NCBI GenBank assembly: GCA_038231275.1
Contig: JBBRLQ010000008.1
Coordinates: 128,001-192,000, forward strand
Source of the DNA: Polyangiales bacterium
Lineage (GTDB): Bacteria > Myxococcota_A > Polyangia > Polyangiales > Polyangiaceae
Length of the DNA: 64,000 bases
Reading direction: 5' to 3'
Shown: piece after piece, positions 10,432 to 20,056 of the stretch
Layout of the letters: each line of letters begins with the position of its first letter
Position numbering within the stretch: the stretch's first letter is position 1
Made by a program: the position numbers and the translations under genes
The notes under the pieces: generated by a model
What the model saw: only the letters and a program-made list of their open reading frames with translations
The model's database searches: none
Told to the model about the DNA's origin: nothing

Positions 10432-11436
10432 ATCACGTCCCGACGACTCGCCCTCGTGACCGGCGCGACCGGTTTCATCGGCTCCCACCTCGTGCGAAAG
10501 CTGCTCGGGGAGGGCTGGCCGGTGCGCATGCTCGTGCGCAGCCCCGACGGCGAAGGGGCGAAAGAGCTGGTGGCGGCGGGGGCCGAGGCGTTCCGTGGGG
10601 ACTTGGGTGACCCGTCGTCGCTCGGGAAGGTCGGCGCGGGGGTCACGCACGTGTTCCATGCGGCGGCTCAGCTGAACATGAACCTCCAATCGGCGACCCT
10701 CGCCGACTTCGCCACGAACGCGAGCGGCACCGAGGCGCTCGTCGACGCGCTGGCGGGGGCGCCGCTCGAGAAGTTCGTCCACGTCTCGAGCCTGGCCGCG
10801 ATCGGCATTCGGCCGGTCGGGATGATCGACGAGACGTTCCCGTGCGATCCGGATCTCGCGTACGGCAAGAGCAAGCTCCTCGCCGACGAGCACCTCTTGC
10901 GGCTCTACCGCGAGCGCGGCTTGCCCGTCGTCATCCTGCGCCCGCCGACTGTGTACGGTCCAGGCGAGCGATACAATTTCTTGTCGATGTGCGCGGCGAT
11001 CGCGCAGAAGAAATTCGTCTTCATCGGCGACGGCTCCAACCGCGTCGATTTCTTGTGGATCGGAAGCCTGACCGCGGCGCTCGTGGGGGCCGCGGAGCGG
11101 GGACGCGCGGGAGAGGTGTACCTCGTCGCCGATGATCCGGCGCGATCGTTCCGGGACACCGTGGACGCGGTGTGGCGCATCGTGCACGGGACGCCTGCGC
11201 CACGGTGGCATCTCCCGGTGTCGCTCGCGTACGCGCTCGCGTACCCGATGGGCGCGCTCGGCGCGAGGCTCGGACGCGCGGTGCCCCTCTACCCCACGCG
11301 CGTGCGCACGATGGCCGGGGACATGTGCTTCGACCTCGGGAAGATCAAGCGCGAGATCGGCTACGCGCCCGACGGCGCCTTCGAAGGCAACCTGCGGACG
11401 ACGATCGACGTGTATCGCCAGCGCGCCCTACTGTGA
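10432..11436 (+). CDS. NAD-dependent epimerase/dehydratase (extended SDR); start anomalous
   Basis: LALVTGATGFIG, HVSS, YGKSK (YxxxK) and LRPPTVYGP. The first GTG is at 10456, but the frame is open from 10429 and includes the beta-1 strand. Confidence 0.85.
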   Translation: MTSRRLALVTGATGFIGSHLVRKLLGEGWPVRMLVRSPDGEGAKELVAAGAEAFRGDLGDPSSLGKVGAGVTHVFHAAAQLNMNLQSATLADFATNASGTEALVDALAGAPLEKFVHVSSLAAIGIRPVGMIDETFPCDPDLAYGKSKLLADEHLLRLYRERGLPVVILRPPTVYGPGERYNFLSMCAAIAQKKFVFIGDGSNRVDFLWIGSLTAALVGAAERGRAGEVYLVADDPARSFRDTVDAVWRIVHGTPAPRWHLPVSLAYALAYPMGALGARLGRAVPLYPTRVRTMAGDMCFDLGKIKREIGYAPDGAFEGNLRTTIDVYRQRALL

Positions 11437-12600
11437 CGGCGCAGCCTTTTTTCCACGCGAGCGGCCGAGGAAGAGGAGCGCTCCGGTGACGCTCGCCGAG
11501 TACCAATAGAGCCGGTAGAGGAGGCTCACGCTGAGGGCCGCGGGCGCCGAGACGCCTGCGCGCGCGAGGAAGACCACGAACGCGGCGTCGCTGGTCCCCC
11601 ACCCTCCCGGGAGCGCCGGAATCGCCCCCGCGATGAACGCGATGGCAGCGCCGGCGTAGACCCAACGCTCCACCGTCGGCGTCACGTCGAGCGCGCTCAC
11701 CAGCCCGCGGATCACGCCGAGCTGCACCGCGGAGACGACGAGGCTCCATGCGAGCGCCCGCAGGAGCGCGGCGGGGGCGCGGGGATCGTTCAGGTACTCG
11801 AGCACCGGCTTCGCGGTGCGCGCGAGGAGGCGGTGCTCCAGAATTTTTGCGCCGCGCATGGGCTTCGAGCGCAGCACCGCGAGGCCGAGCGCGACGGCGA
11901 CCGGGATCGCCCCGAGGATCAGCACCGCAGGGCCGACCGCCGAAGGCTCGAAGACGGCTGCGAGCGCGGCCGCCATCCCCGCCATCGTCGAGAGGCCGAT
12001 CGCGCGATCGAGCAGAACGCTCGCCGCCACCGTCGCCGTCGGCACCCCGAGGCCTGTGAGCGACGCGATGCGCACCGCGTCCCCGGCGACTCCGCCCGGC
12101 AAGAGTACGCCTGCCGCCTGCGCCTCCAACGTCACCCGCCACGCATGGCGCACGGTGACCGGCGCGTTCGCGAGGCGAAGCAGCGCATGCCATCGCGCCG
12201 CCCACGCCAGCGTGCCCAGGCCGTAGACCGCCGCGAGGAGCGCGAGCAGGCCAAGCCGCGCGCCCGCCAGCGTCGACGCGAGGCCCGGCTCGCAGTCGAG
12301 CCGCGCGCACGCCTCGGGCGAGAGGCGAACGGGCCCGCGCGGTGCTTGCAGAGTGCACCCATTGGCGTCGCGCGAGACGGGAAATCGCGGCCCTTTCGAC
12401 GCGGCGGCCGGCGCAGTCCCCTCCGGCGCCAGGCCCGTGTCGAAGCACCGATCGCGAATGGGCACGACGTAGGCGACGAAACCGAGCGCCAGGATCGCGA
12501 GGCCGAACGTGACGAGCCGGCGGCGCAGGCCCGCGGTCGCCGGCGTGGCAGCAGCCGCAGCGGCGGTTTTTGGGTCCTTGCCTTCTTCGTTCGTTCGCAT
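11428..12600 (-). CDS. UPF0104 / lysylphosphatidylglycerol synthase TM-like flippase
   Basis: ARWHALL, LPGGVAGDAVR, SVLLDRAIG, PALPGGWG and LLYRL motifs typical of this family; multiple TM helices. Confidence 0.8.
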   Translation of the reverse strand: MRTNEEGKDPKTAAAAAATPATAGLRRRLVTFGLAILALGFVAYVVPIRDRCFDTGLAPEGTAPAAASKGPRFPVSRDANGCTLQAPRGPVRLSPEACARLDCEPGLASTLAGARLGLLALLAAVYGLGTLAWAARWHALLRLANAPVTVRHAWRVTLEAQAAGVLLPGGVAGDAVRIASLTGLGVPTATVAASVLLDRAIGLSTMAGMAAALAAVFEPSAVGPAVLILGAIPVAVALGLAVLRSKPMRGAKILEHRLLARTAKPVLEYLNDPRAPAALLRALAWSLVVSAVQLGVIRGLVSALDVTPTVERWVYAGAAIAFIAGAIPALPGGWGTSDAAFVVFLARAGVSAPAALSVSLLYRLYWYSASVTGALLFLGRSRGKKAAPSQ

Positions 12601-12700
12601 GTCCGGCCACCAAACGCGCGCCAGAGAGCACCTTAGCCGCCCGGCTCCGAAGTGAGCCATCTCTTCGCACTTTCGCCGTCCCTTGCGGTATCTTGCCCGC

Positions 12701-13291
12701 GTGATCCGCGCGCCACGCGCCAGCAGACGCCGACGGTGGGGGCAGCGCCGCGCGCGCGGAGTGGCCCTCACCGAGGCCATGAATTTCCTGGCGCTCGCCG
12801 CGATCTTGAGCGCCGGTGGCATGTACGGGCTCGCGCGGTACGTGCGGCACGCCAAGACGGCCGAGGCGATCGGCTCGGTGACGGCGATCGCTGAAGCCGC
12901 CGCGCGCTACTACGACCAGTCGGACAGCAACCAGCCGGCGGGGACCACGCCCGAGGCCGCGCACGCGATGCGCCACTTTCCGCCGGGCTCCAAGGCCGCC
13001 GTCCCCGGGGACGCCGACGCGATCAAGGGCAAGAGGTACCAGTCGACGCTGGCCGACTGGACCGGATCGCCGTGGGCGGAGCTCCGCTTCTCGATCCCGC
13101 AGCCGCAGTACTACTCGTATGCGTTCGAGTCGCAGGGGTCGGGCGCACAGGCCACCGCCGCCGCCGTCGCCCACGCCGACCTCGACGGCAACGGGAAGAT
13201 CTCCACCTACCGCTTGAGCATCGCGCCCGATCCGGTCACATTCAAGGCGAAGGTCGCGGTCGAAATCGAGAAGATCGACGCAGAGGAGTGA
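12701..13291 (+). CDS. Type IV pilin paralogue (pilin 3), start approximate
   Basis: RG|VALTE prepilin-like motif with Glu5. Clear similarity to PilA (YQS..DW...W..L.FS..QPQY; ADLDGNG). Confidence 0.75.
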   Translation: MIRAPRASRRRRWGQRRARGVALTEAMNFLALAAILSAGGMYGLARYVRHAKTAEAIGSVTAIAEAAARYYDQSDSNQPAGTTPEAAHAMRHFPPGSKAAVPGDADAIKGKRYQSTLADWTGSPWAELRFSIPQPQYYSYAFESQGSGAQATAAAVAHADLDGNGKISTYRLSIAPDPVTFKAKVAVEIEKIDAEE

Positions 13292-13296
13292 CGGAG

Positions 13297-13827
13297 ATGG
13301 GCTCGGGCGTCGCGCGCAGGCAACGAGGGTCGCGCGGCCTCACCGCGGTGGAGGCGGCGATCGTCTTCGCGATCGGCGGATCCCTCCTCGCCGTGGCGGT
13401 CCCGGCGTTCGTCCGCGAGTTGCACGCGTCGCGCTTCGCCGAGCCCGTGGAAGGACTCCAGCGAATGGGGCAAGAGGCGCTCACTTACGCGGCGTCCAAG
13501 CCCGCCCGCGATGCGTTCCCGAAGAGCGCGCCGCTCACTCCATCCTCCCCTCCGCGCGGCACGCGCGAGCTCGATCCCTCTGGGGCGTGGGACCACCCGA
13601 CCTGGGTCGCCCTCGGTTTCCGCGCAGCACCGGAGGGAGTCCCGCACGCCTTCGCGTTCGCGTTCGATTCGACGCCGGGTCCGGCGCGCTCGACCTTCAT
13701 CGCGCACGCGCACGGCGACCTCGACGGGGACGGCGTGCGCAGCACCTTCGAGCTGCGGGGCCACGCGCAGGACGGCGAGCCGGCAGCGCTCGAGCCCGGG
13801 CTTTACGTGGAGAACGAGGTCGAATGA
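13297..13827 (+). CDS. Type IV pilin paralogue (pilin 4)
   Basis: RG|LTAVEAAIVFAIGGSLLAVAVP and GDLDGDG motif. An alternative GTG start at 13288 overlaps the upstream stop. Confidence 0.75.
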   Translation: MGSGVARRQRGSRGLTAVEAAIVFAIGGSLLAVAVPAFVRELHASRFAEPVEGLQRMGQEALTYAASKPARDAFPKSAPLTPSSPPRGTRELDPSGAWDHPTWVALGFRAAPEGVPHAFAFAFDSTPGPARSTFIAHAHGDLDGDGVRSTFELRGHAQDGEPAALEPGLYVENEVE

Positions 13828-14708
13828 AGTCGAGCGGCGTCCTCGTCGGCCTCCTCCTCGCCGTGAGCGTCCTCGGCGTCGCGCGCGTGCAGCCGCGCCT
13901 CGCCGCGCGCGTCCACGAGGTAAAGGTCGACCACGATGTCTACCTCTTGCCGCCGCCCTCGGAGCTCCGCGCGATGTCACTCGGCTACCGCGCCGCCGCC
14001 GCGGACGCCGCGTGGGCGAAGCTCATCGTCGAGTACGGAACGCACTGGAGCGAGCATCGACCGTTCGACGACGCCGCCAAGTACATGGAGGCGATCCTCG
14101 CGCTCGATCCCACCTACCCGCTCGTCTACAAATACGCCGAGACGCTGATCGTCTATCACCCGCCGGTCGGCACGCTCCAAGACTGGTACGTCGCGCGCGG
14201 CTTCCTGGAGCGCGGCACCCGCGAGCGACCTTACGACAGCGAGGTGTGGCTTCATTACGGGCAGTTCCTGGCGTTCGCCGCCGGCTCCTTCGTGAAAGAC
14301 CAGGCCGAGCTCGATCGGTACCGGGAGGAGGGCGCGCGCGCGATCGTGCACGCAGTGGAGCTCGGTGCCGACGCGGACAGGACGATCTCGGCGGCGACGC
14401 TCCTCAGCCGCTATGGGCAGCGCGACGCCGCGATCCGCGACCTGCGCCGCGCGTATGCCCTCACCGACGACGACCGCGACCGCGGTCTGATCGCGCAAAA
14501 GCTCGCCGTCCTTGGCGCGACGGCCGACAAGGACGAGATCGAGAGCAACATGCGCGTCATCGAATCCCGTTGGCGGGACGAGTTCGCCTTCCTCTCGCGC
14601 GACGCGTACATGCTCATCGGTCCCATCCGCGACCCGAACAAATGCGTTGGGCGCGCTTCCGTAGGCTGCCCTCGCGACTGGAACGACGTCATCCAGCGCG
14701 CGCCCTGA
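13824..14708 (+). CDS. Pilin-locus accessory protein, PilG/XapA-like (TPR-like helical)
   Basis: N-terminal TM, then LP...LR..SLGY....AD..W motif, which I recall from deltaproteobacterial pilin-adjacent proteins. ATGA overlap with pilin 4. Confidence 0.55.
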   Translation: MKSSGVLVGLLLAVSVLGVARVQPRLAARVHEVKVDHDVYLLPPPSELRAMSLGYRAAAADAAWAKLIVEYGTHWSEHRPFDDAAKYMEAILALDPTYPLVYKYAETLIVYHPPVGTLQDWYVARGFLERGTRERPYDSEVWLHYGQFLAFAAGSFVKDQAELDRYREEGARAIVHAVELGADADRTISAATLLSRYGQRDAAIRDLRRAYALTDDDRDRGLIAQKLAVLGATADKDEIESNMRVIESRWRDEFAFLSRDAYMLIGPIRDPNKCVGRASVGCPRDWNDVIQRAP

Positions 14709-14719
14709 TCCGACGGGCG

Positions 14720-15724
14720 CTATTTCTCGACCACGATCGTGCGCAGGCCGAGCATCGCGAAGTCGGACGATCCCGGCAGCTTCCCCCACACGCTGACCTC
14801 GTAGAGCCCCGGCTCCCCCTTGTCGGTCAGCGGCACGTCGATCGAGAATTTGGCGCCGCGGACTGTGACCGGGATCGGCGTCTTGAAGCCCGCAGGCCAG
14901 TACATCTGGTACGGCCCCGGAACCGGGTACGAGCGACGCTTGTTCAGCTCGCCCACCCCGATCGGGCGCGGGAGGACGACGCGCGCGAGGCCGACGCCGC
15001 CGACCGTCGCGGGCGCGGAGATCGTCCCCTCGACGTGCAGCGTGTCGCCGACCTTCGCCTTGCGCGGCACCGGCGCGTAGGTGCCGTACGGATCGGTGAA
15101 CTCCTGCGAAAAGCAGGGCACCGGAAGCTCCGTCGCCGTCGCGATCGGCTGCGCGACGCCGATGCCCACCTTCTTGTGGCCGGGCTTCATGATGTTCTTG
15201 CGGTGACCGTCGTTCGGCGGCACCTCGTTCCAGAACATCGACTCCGCGCGCTCGACCTCGCCGGCGTCGATGAGCGGCTTCGCGTCGAGCGTGCGGGGAT
15301 GCTCGTCGATGAAGCAGAGCGCGTTCTCCAGCACCATGTCGACGCCGCCCGCCTCGGTGAGGCGCTGCTCTGGCACAGACCCGTCGGTGCCCCAGTGTCC
15401 GAGGTAGCCGTGGCTCGCCATGTCCTCGGCGTGCGCCTGCCCGGCCATGGTCGGCGGTCCCATGTCCAGCTCCACCGGAGGGAGACCGACGCTCGCGCGA
15501 TCGCGGTTGACGAGCTCCACCATGTAGCGTCGCGCCTCGTCGGGGGTGAGCTTGCGCTTCGTCCCGCGACCGTCGGATGCGGATGCGCCGGTGGGCGTCG
15601 GCGGCGCGACCGTGGGGGCGTCGCTCCCGGCGACCGGTCGGGCCGGCGCATCGACGGGCCGATCGGCCGGCTTGCCCGCGCTGCAGCCGATGAGGAGGAG
15701 CCCGAACCAGAAGACGCTTCGCAT
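14720..15724 (-). CDS. CAP/SCP domain lipoprotein
   Basis: Lipobox LIGC; LVNRDRA..GL, AHAEDMA..GYLGH, GHRKNIM and VGIG motifs. Confidence 0.8.
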   Translation of the reverse strand: MRSVFWFGLLLIGCSAGKPADRPVDAPARPVAGSDAPTVAPPTPTGASASDGRGTKRKLTPDEARRYMVELVNRDRASVGLPPVELDMGPPTMAGQAHAEDMASHGYLGHWGTDGSVPEQRLTEAGGVDMVLENALCFIDEHPRTLDAKPLIDAGEVERAESMFWNEVPPNDGHRKNIMKPGHKKVGIGVAQPIATATELPVPCFSQEFTDPYGTYAPVPRKAKVGDTLHVEGTISAPATVGGVGLARVVLPRPIGVGELNKRRSYPVPGPYQMYWPAGFKTPIPVTVRGAKFSIDVPLTDKGEPGLYEVSVWGKLPGSSDFAMLGLRTIVVEK

Positions 15725-15761
15725 CCGGGAAAGACGTAGCACGACATGGTAAAGAAGGCCG

Positions 15762-16865
15762 ATGGACGAGCTATCGGCCGATGTCGGCGCGCTCCCCTTG
15801 GAGGTGTTGTGCGGGCAGTTGCTCGTCGGCGGCTTCGCAGGCAGGACGCTGTCACCGACCTTTCGCGCCGCCCTCGCGGCGGGCCGACGAGGCGGGGCGA
15901 TCCTGTTCCGGCGCAACCTCTCTCCCGATCTCCAAGCCGTCCTCGACTTGAATGCGAGCATCCTTCGGGCATCGCCGCGGGAGCTCCCGCCACTGATCGC
16001 CGTCGATCAGGAAGGCGGCCGCGTCGCGCGCTTCGGTGCGCCGCTCCTCGTCCTCCCGCCGATGGCGGTGATCGGAGCCCTGGGCGACGCGGACCTGGCG
16101 GAGCGGCTGGCGGAGCGTCAAGGGGCGGAGCTGGCCGCGCTGGGGTTCACGATGAACTTCGCGCCGATCCTCGACGTCCATACCCGTCCCGAGAACCCGA
16201 TCATCGGAGACCGCGCGTTCTCACGGGATCCGGCGCGCGTGGCCGAGCTCGGCCTCGCGTGGGCGCGCGGCCTCGAGCGCGGGGGAGTGCTGGCGTGCGG
16301 CAAGCATTTCCCCGGGCACGGCGACACGACCGCCGACTCCCACCTGGAGCTTCCGCGCGTCGAGCACGCGCGGGCACGCCTCGACGCGATCGAGATCCCG
16401 CCGTTCGCGGCGGCCGCGCGCGCGAAGATCGCCGCGCTCATGACCGCGCACGTCGTCTACCCCGCGCTCGACCCCGCCTCGCCGGCGACGCTCTCTCCGG
16501 CCATCGCGACCGACCTGCGATCGGCGATCGCCTTCGATGGGATCCTCGTGTCCGACGATCTGGAGATGAAGGCGATCAACGTCCCGGTGGAGGAGGCGGC
16601 GGTCCGCGCGATCGCGGCCGGCTGCGACATGCTCCTCGTCTGCGAGTCCGAGCCCTTGCAGGATCGCGCCCATTCCGCCCTCCTCGCGCGCGCGACCGAG
16701 AGCCGTGTGTTCCGTAGGAGGTGCAGAGAGGCGGCGACACGGTGCCTCGCCGCCCGGACCCGCGTGCCGCCTCGGCCGGTGGCCAGCGCGGCCGCGCTTC
16801 AGGACATCTTTCGCGGCTCGGAATCCGTCGCGCGCGAGCTCGCCGATCGCGGGGCGTTTCGATGA
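15762..16865 (+). CDS. nagZ: Beta-N-acetylhexosaminidase (GH3)
   Basis: AVDQEGGRV, KHFPGHG..ADSH and SDDLEMKA motifs. Confidence 0.9.
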   Translation: MDELSADVGALPLEVLCGQLLVGGFAGRTLSPTFRAALAAGRRGGAILFRRNLSPDLQAVLDLNASILRASPRELPPLIAVDQEGGRVARFGAPLLVLPPMAVIGALGDADLAERLAERQGAELAALGFTMNFAPILDVHTRPENPIIGDRAFSRDPARVAELGLAWARGLERGGVLACGKHFPGHGDTTADSHLELPRVEHARARLDAIEIPPFAAAARAKIAALMTAHVVYPALDPASPATLSPAIATDLRSAIAFDGILVSDDLEMKAINVPVEEAAVRAIAAGCDMLLVCESEPLQDRAHSALLARATESRVFRRRCREAATRCLAARTRVPPRPVASAAALQDIFRGSESVARELADRGAFR

Positions 16866-18061
16866 CCACCGCGCGCGGCCTCCTCGCCAAGCGCGTCGTG
16901 ACGTGCGGCGCCGCGGGGTCGTTCGACTACGGCGTCGTCGTGCTCGACCAGGGCAAGGTCGCGTGGGTCGGGCCGCGCGACGGCGCCCCCGCGGGCGTGC
17001 CGTTCGAGGACATGGGAGAGCGCGTCATCACGCCCGGCCTCGTCGACGCGCACACGCACGCCGCGTGGGCGGGCTCGCGCCACGCCGAGTACGCGGTGCG
17101 CATGGCCGGCGGCGATTACCGCGCGATCGCCGCGGCCGGCGGCGGCATCGCGTCCAGCATGCGCGCGCTCGCGGCGACGACGGAGGACGAGCTCGTCGAG
17201 ACGCTCGTAGCGCGCTTGGGACGAATGGCCCTCCTCGGCGTCACGTGCGTGGAGGTGAAGAGCGGCTACGGCCTGGAGCCCGAGCTCGAGCTCATGCAGC
17301 TACGCGCGATCGCCCGGGCGGCGGCGCGCGACGATCTTCCGCGCGTGGTGCCCACGTTCCTGGCGCTCCACGCCCTGCCCGAGCGGGCGCGCGCGAGCGC
17401 CGCGACGCGTGCACAGTACATCGATCACGTGGCGGCGGTGCTGGTGCCTCAAGTCGCCACGGAAGGCCTCGCGCGGTTCGTCGACGCATACGTGGACGCC
17501 AACGCGTTCACGGTCGAGGAGGCGCGCCTCGTCGTCCGCGCGGCGAAGAGCGCCGGGCTGGGCGTGCGCCTGCACGTCGGGCAGTTCGCGGACGTCGGCG
17601 GCGCCGAGCTGTGCGCCGAGGCGGGGGCACGGTCGGCCGACCACCTCGAGCACGTCGGCGACGGCGGAATCGCCGCGCTCGCGAAGAGCGGCACGTCCGC
17701 CGTCCTCCTCCCGACCGCGAGCTTCACGCTGGGCCAGACCCCTCCCCCGGTGCTCCGTCTTCGCGACGCCGGCGTGCCCCTCGTCGTCGCGAGCGACGCG
17801 AACCCTGGCACCGCTCCGACGGAGAGCTTGCCCCTCGCGATGGCGTTCGCGGTGCGCCTCTACGGCCTCACGCCCGACGAGACCCTCTTCGCCGCGACGC
17901 GCGCGGCCGCACGGTCGCTCGACGAGCCCGGTGGGGTCCTCGAGCCGGGCGGCGCCGCCGACCTCGTCGTATGGGATCTGCCCCACGAGCACGCGATCGT
18001 GCAGCCATGGGGAGCGCCAAAGACGCACTTCGTGATGAGAGGCGGACGCACGATCGCGTAG
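16862..18061 (+). CDS. hutI: Imidazolonepropionase
   Basis: PGLVDAHTH, GGGI, EVKSGYGL, SADHLE and ASDANPG motifs. ATGA overlap with nagZ. Confidence 0.88.
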   Translation: MTTARGLLAKRVVTCGAAGSFDYGVVVLDQGKVAWVGPRDGAPAGVPFEDMGERVITPGLVDAHTHAAWAGSRHAEYAVRMAGGDYRAIAAAGGGIASSMRALAATTEDELVETLVARLGRMALLGVTCVEVKSGYGLEPELELMQLRAIARAAARDDLPRVVPTFLALHALPERARASAATRAQYIDHVAAVLVPQVATEGLARFVDAYVDANAFTVEEARLVVRAAKSAGLGVRLHVGQFADVGGAELCAEAGARSADHLEHVGDGGIAALAKSGTSAVLLPTASFTLGQTPPPVLRLRDAGVPLVVASDANPGTAPTESLPLAMAFAVRLYGLTPDETLFAATRAAARSLDEPGGVLEPGGAADLVVWDLPHEHAIVQPWGAPKTHFVMRGGRTIA

Positions 18062-18071
18062 CGGACGCCGC

Positions 18072-19004
18072 TCAGGCGCTTTCGGCGTGCTTTCCGAGGC
18101 CCGCGGGCGGCCTCCCGGCGCCGCGCGTCAGTCCGATCACCACGAGGGACAAGAGCGTCGCGACGTACGGGAACATCTCGATGACCTCGCGAGGCACACG
18201 CGACTGGTCCTGGAGCACGATTTGGAGCGCATCCAGCGCCGCGAACGCCACGCACGCGAGCACCGCGCGCGCGGGGCGCCATCCCGAGAGGATGACCGCC
18301 GCGAGCGCGATGAAGCCGCGTCCGCCGCTCATCCCCGACTGGAACTGGTGCTGATCGAACGCGAGCGCGGCGCCGCCGAGGCCGCACACCATACCGCCGA
18401 TCGTGACGGCGAGGATGCGCACCGGCGCGACGGGGACGCCGGCGATCGCGGCGGCTTGCGGGTCCTCGCCGCAGGCCCGCGCACGAAGGCCAAAGCGCGT
18501 CCGGTAGAGGACGAAGAAGCTGGCAGCGGCCGCCACGACGGTGAGGATCGTGAGCGGATCGGTGAGCGTGCGGAGGAGCAGCGCCATCGCGGGCGACGCG
18601 TGGGCGCCGACGTGGACGGCGAAGCCCGCGACGGAGGGCGAGTTGGAGCTGGAGTCGTAGAGCGAGCGCAGCACGAAGCGCGTGCCGCCGGCGGCGACCA
18701 GGTTGAGCGCGATGCCGCTGACGATCGCGTCGACGCGCTCGCGGGCGACCAGCACCGCGTGGACGAGCGCGAACAGCGCACCGGCGACGATGGCCGCGAA
18801 CGCGCCGACGGCCGCGCTGCCCGAGGCAACGTGCGCGGCGACCGCGGCGAGGCCGCTCACGAGGAGCGTGCCCTCGAGCGCGATGTTGACGACGCCGCTC
18901 CTCTCACTCCACACGCCGCCCAGGGCCGCGCACGCGTAGGGCACTGCCATCCGCACCGTCTGCGCGAGCATCGTGACCGAGAAGATGGTCTGAGTGAGCG
19001 TCAC
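18072..19004 (-). CDS. ABC transporter permease (nucleoside/sugar type)
   Basis: SERSGVVNIALEG and GRGFIALAAVI motifs; GTG start overlaps the upstream stop. Confidence 0.85.
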   Translation of the reverse strand: MTLTQTIFSVTMLAQTVRMAVPYACAALGGVWSERSGVVNIALEGTLLVSGLAAVAAHVASGSAAVGAFAAIVAGALFALVHAVLVARERVDAIVSGIALNLVAAGGTRFVLRSLYDSSSNSPSVAGFAVHVGAHASPAMALLLRTLTDPLTILTVVAAAASFFVLYRTRFGLRARACGEDPQAAAIAGVPVAPVRILAVTIGGMVCGLGGAALAFDQHQFQSGMSGGRGFIALAAVILSGWRPARAVLACVAFAALDALQIVLQDQSRVPREVIEMFPYVATLLSLVVIGLTRGAGRPPAGLGKHAESA

Positions 19005-20056
19005 GCGAAGGCCCCCCGCGACGAGCGGACCACCGCGGCGCGCACGCGCGCATCGGCGAGCGCGACGGCTGTGATCACCACGCCCTGAATGACGTCCATG
19101 AGCTCCATCGGCACGTACGCGTTGATGGCGAGGCCGCCCTGCTGCATCGTGCCGAAGAGGAGCGCGGCGAGCACCAGACCGACGCCGCTGCCGCGGCCGA
19201 GGAGCGCCACCGCCAGCCCGCCGAACCCCGCGCCTGCGCCCAGCCCTTGCTCGAAGTAGCCCTTGTAGCCGAGGACCGTCGCCGACGAGACGAGCCCGCA
19301 GAGGGCACCCGACAGGATCATCGCTTGCGCGATGCGACTGCGCACGGGGATGCGCTCGGCCGCGCACGCGACGGGGTTCATGCCGACGAGCGAGACCTCG
19401 CGCCCCCAACGCGTGCCGCGGTACGACCAGCCGACGACGAGCGCGAGGACGACCGCGGCCAAGAGCGAGAGGCTCACCGCGCTGCCACGGAGCGCCGGCA
19501 AGAAGCGCTCGAGACGCGGCACGCGCGCACCGCTCGCGAGATCCAGCGTCCGCACCGTCCCCTTAAGCGCGAAGCCGAGGCCGAGGACGAGGCCGATCGC
19601 AGCGTCGGCGATGCGGTTCATCATGATCGTCGAGATGACCTCGTGCGCACGAAAGCGCGCGCGCAGCACCGCCGGAATAAAGGCCCACGCGCCTCCCGCC
19701 GCCGCGGCCGCGATGAGCACGATGACGACGGCCAGCGGCCCCGGCACCCAAGGAGGTAGAAGCGCGCCCACGATGCCCGCTGCGAGACCCCCAACCGCCA
19801 GCTGCCCTTCGGCGCCGATGTTGAAGAGCCCCGCGCGCAGCGCCAGATCGACCGCGACGCCGGTGAAAAGGAGCGGCGTCGCCTTGAAGAGCACCTGCCC
19901 CGCGCCGTACGGCGTTCCCCACGTGCCCTCGAAGAGCAGCACGAAGAGGCGACGCGGCGACTCCCCGTAGAAAAAGACGAGCAGATCGAACGCCACCCAC
20001 GCCGCGGCGAGGCCGGCGACCGTCGCCAGGATCGACGCCCTTCGATCCCCGTTCAC
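19001..20056 (-). CDS. ABC transporter permease (nucleoside/sugar type)
   Basis: GLFNIGAEGQ, EVISTIMMN and GFGGLAVALLG motifs. Confidence 0.85.
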   Translation of the reverse strand: MNGDRRASILATVAGLAAAWVAFDLLVFFYGESPRRLFVLLFEGTWGTPYGAGQVLFKATPLLFTGVAVDLALRAGLFNIGAEGQLAVGGLAAGIVGALLPPWVPGPLAVVIVLIAAAAAGGAWAFIPAVLRARFRAHEVISTIMMNRIADAAIGLVLGLGFALKGTVRTLDLASGARVPRLERFLPALRGSAVSLSLLAAVVLALVVGWSYRGTRWGREVSLVGMNPVACAAERIPVRSRIAQAMILSGALCGLVSSATVLGYKGYFEQGLGAGAGFGGLAVALLGRGSGVGLVLAALLFGTMQQGGLAINAYVPMELMDVIQGVVITAVALADARVRAAVVRSSRGAFA

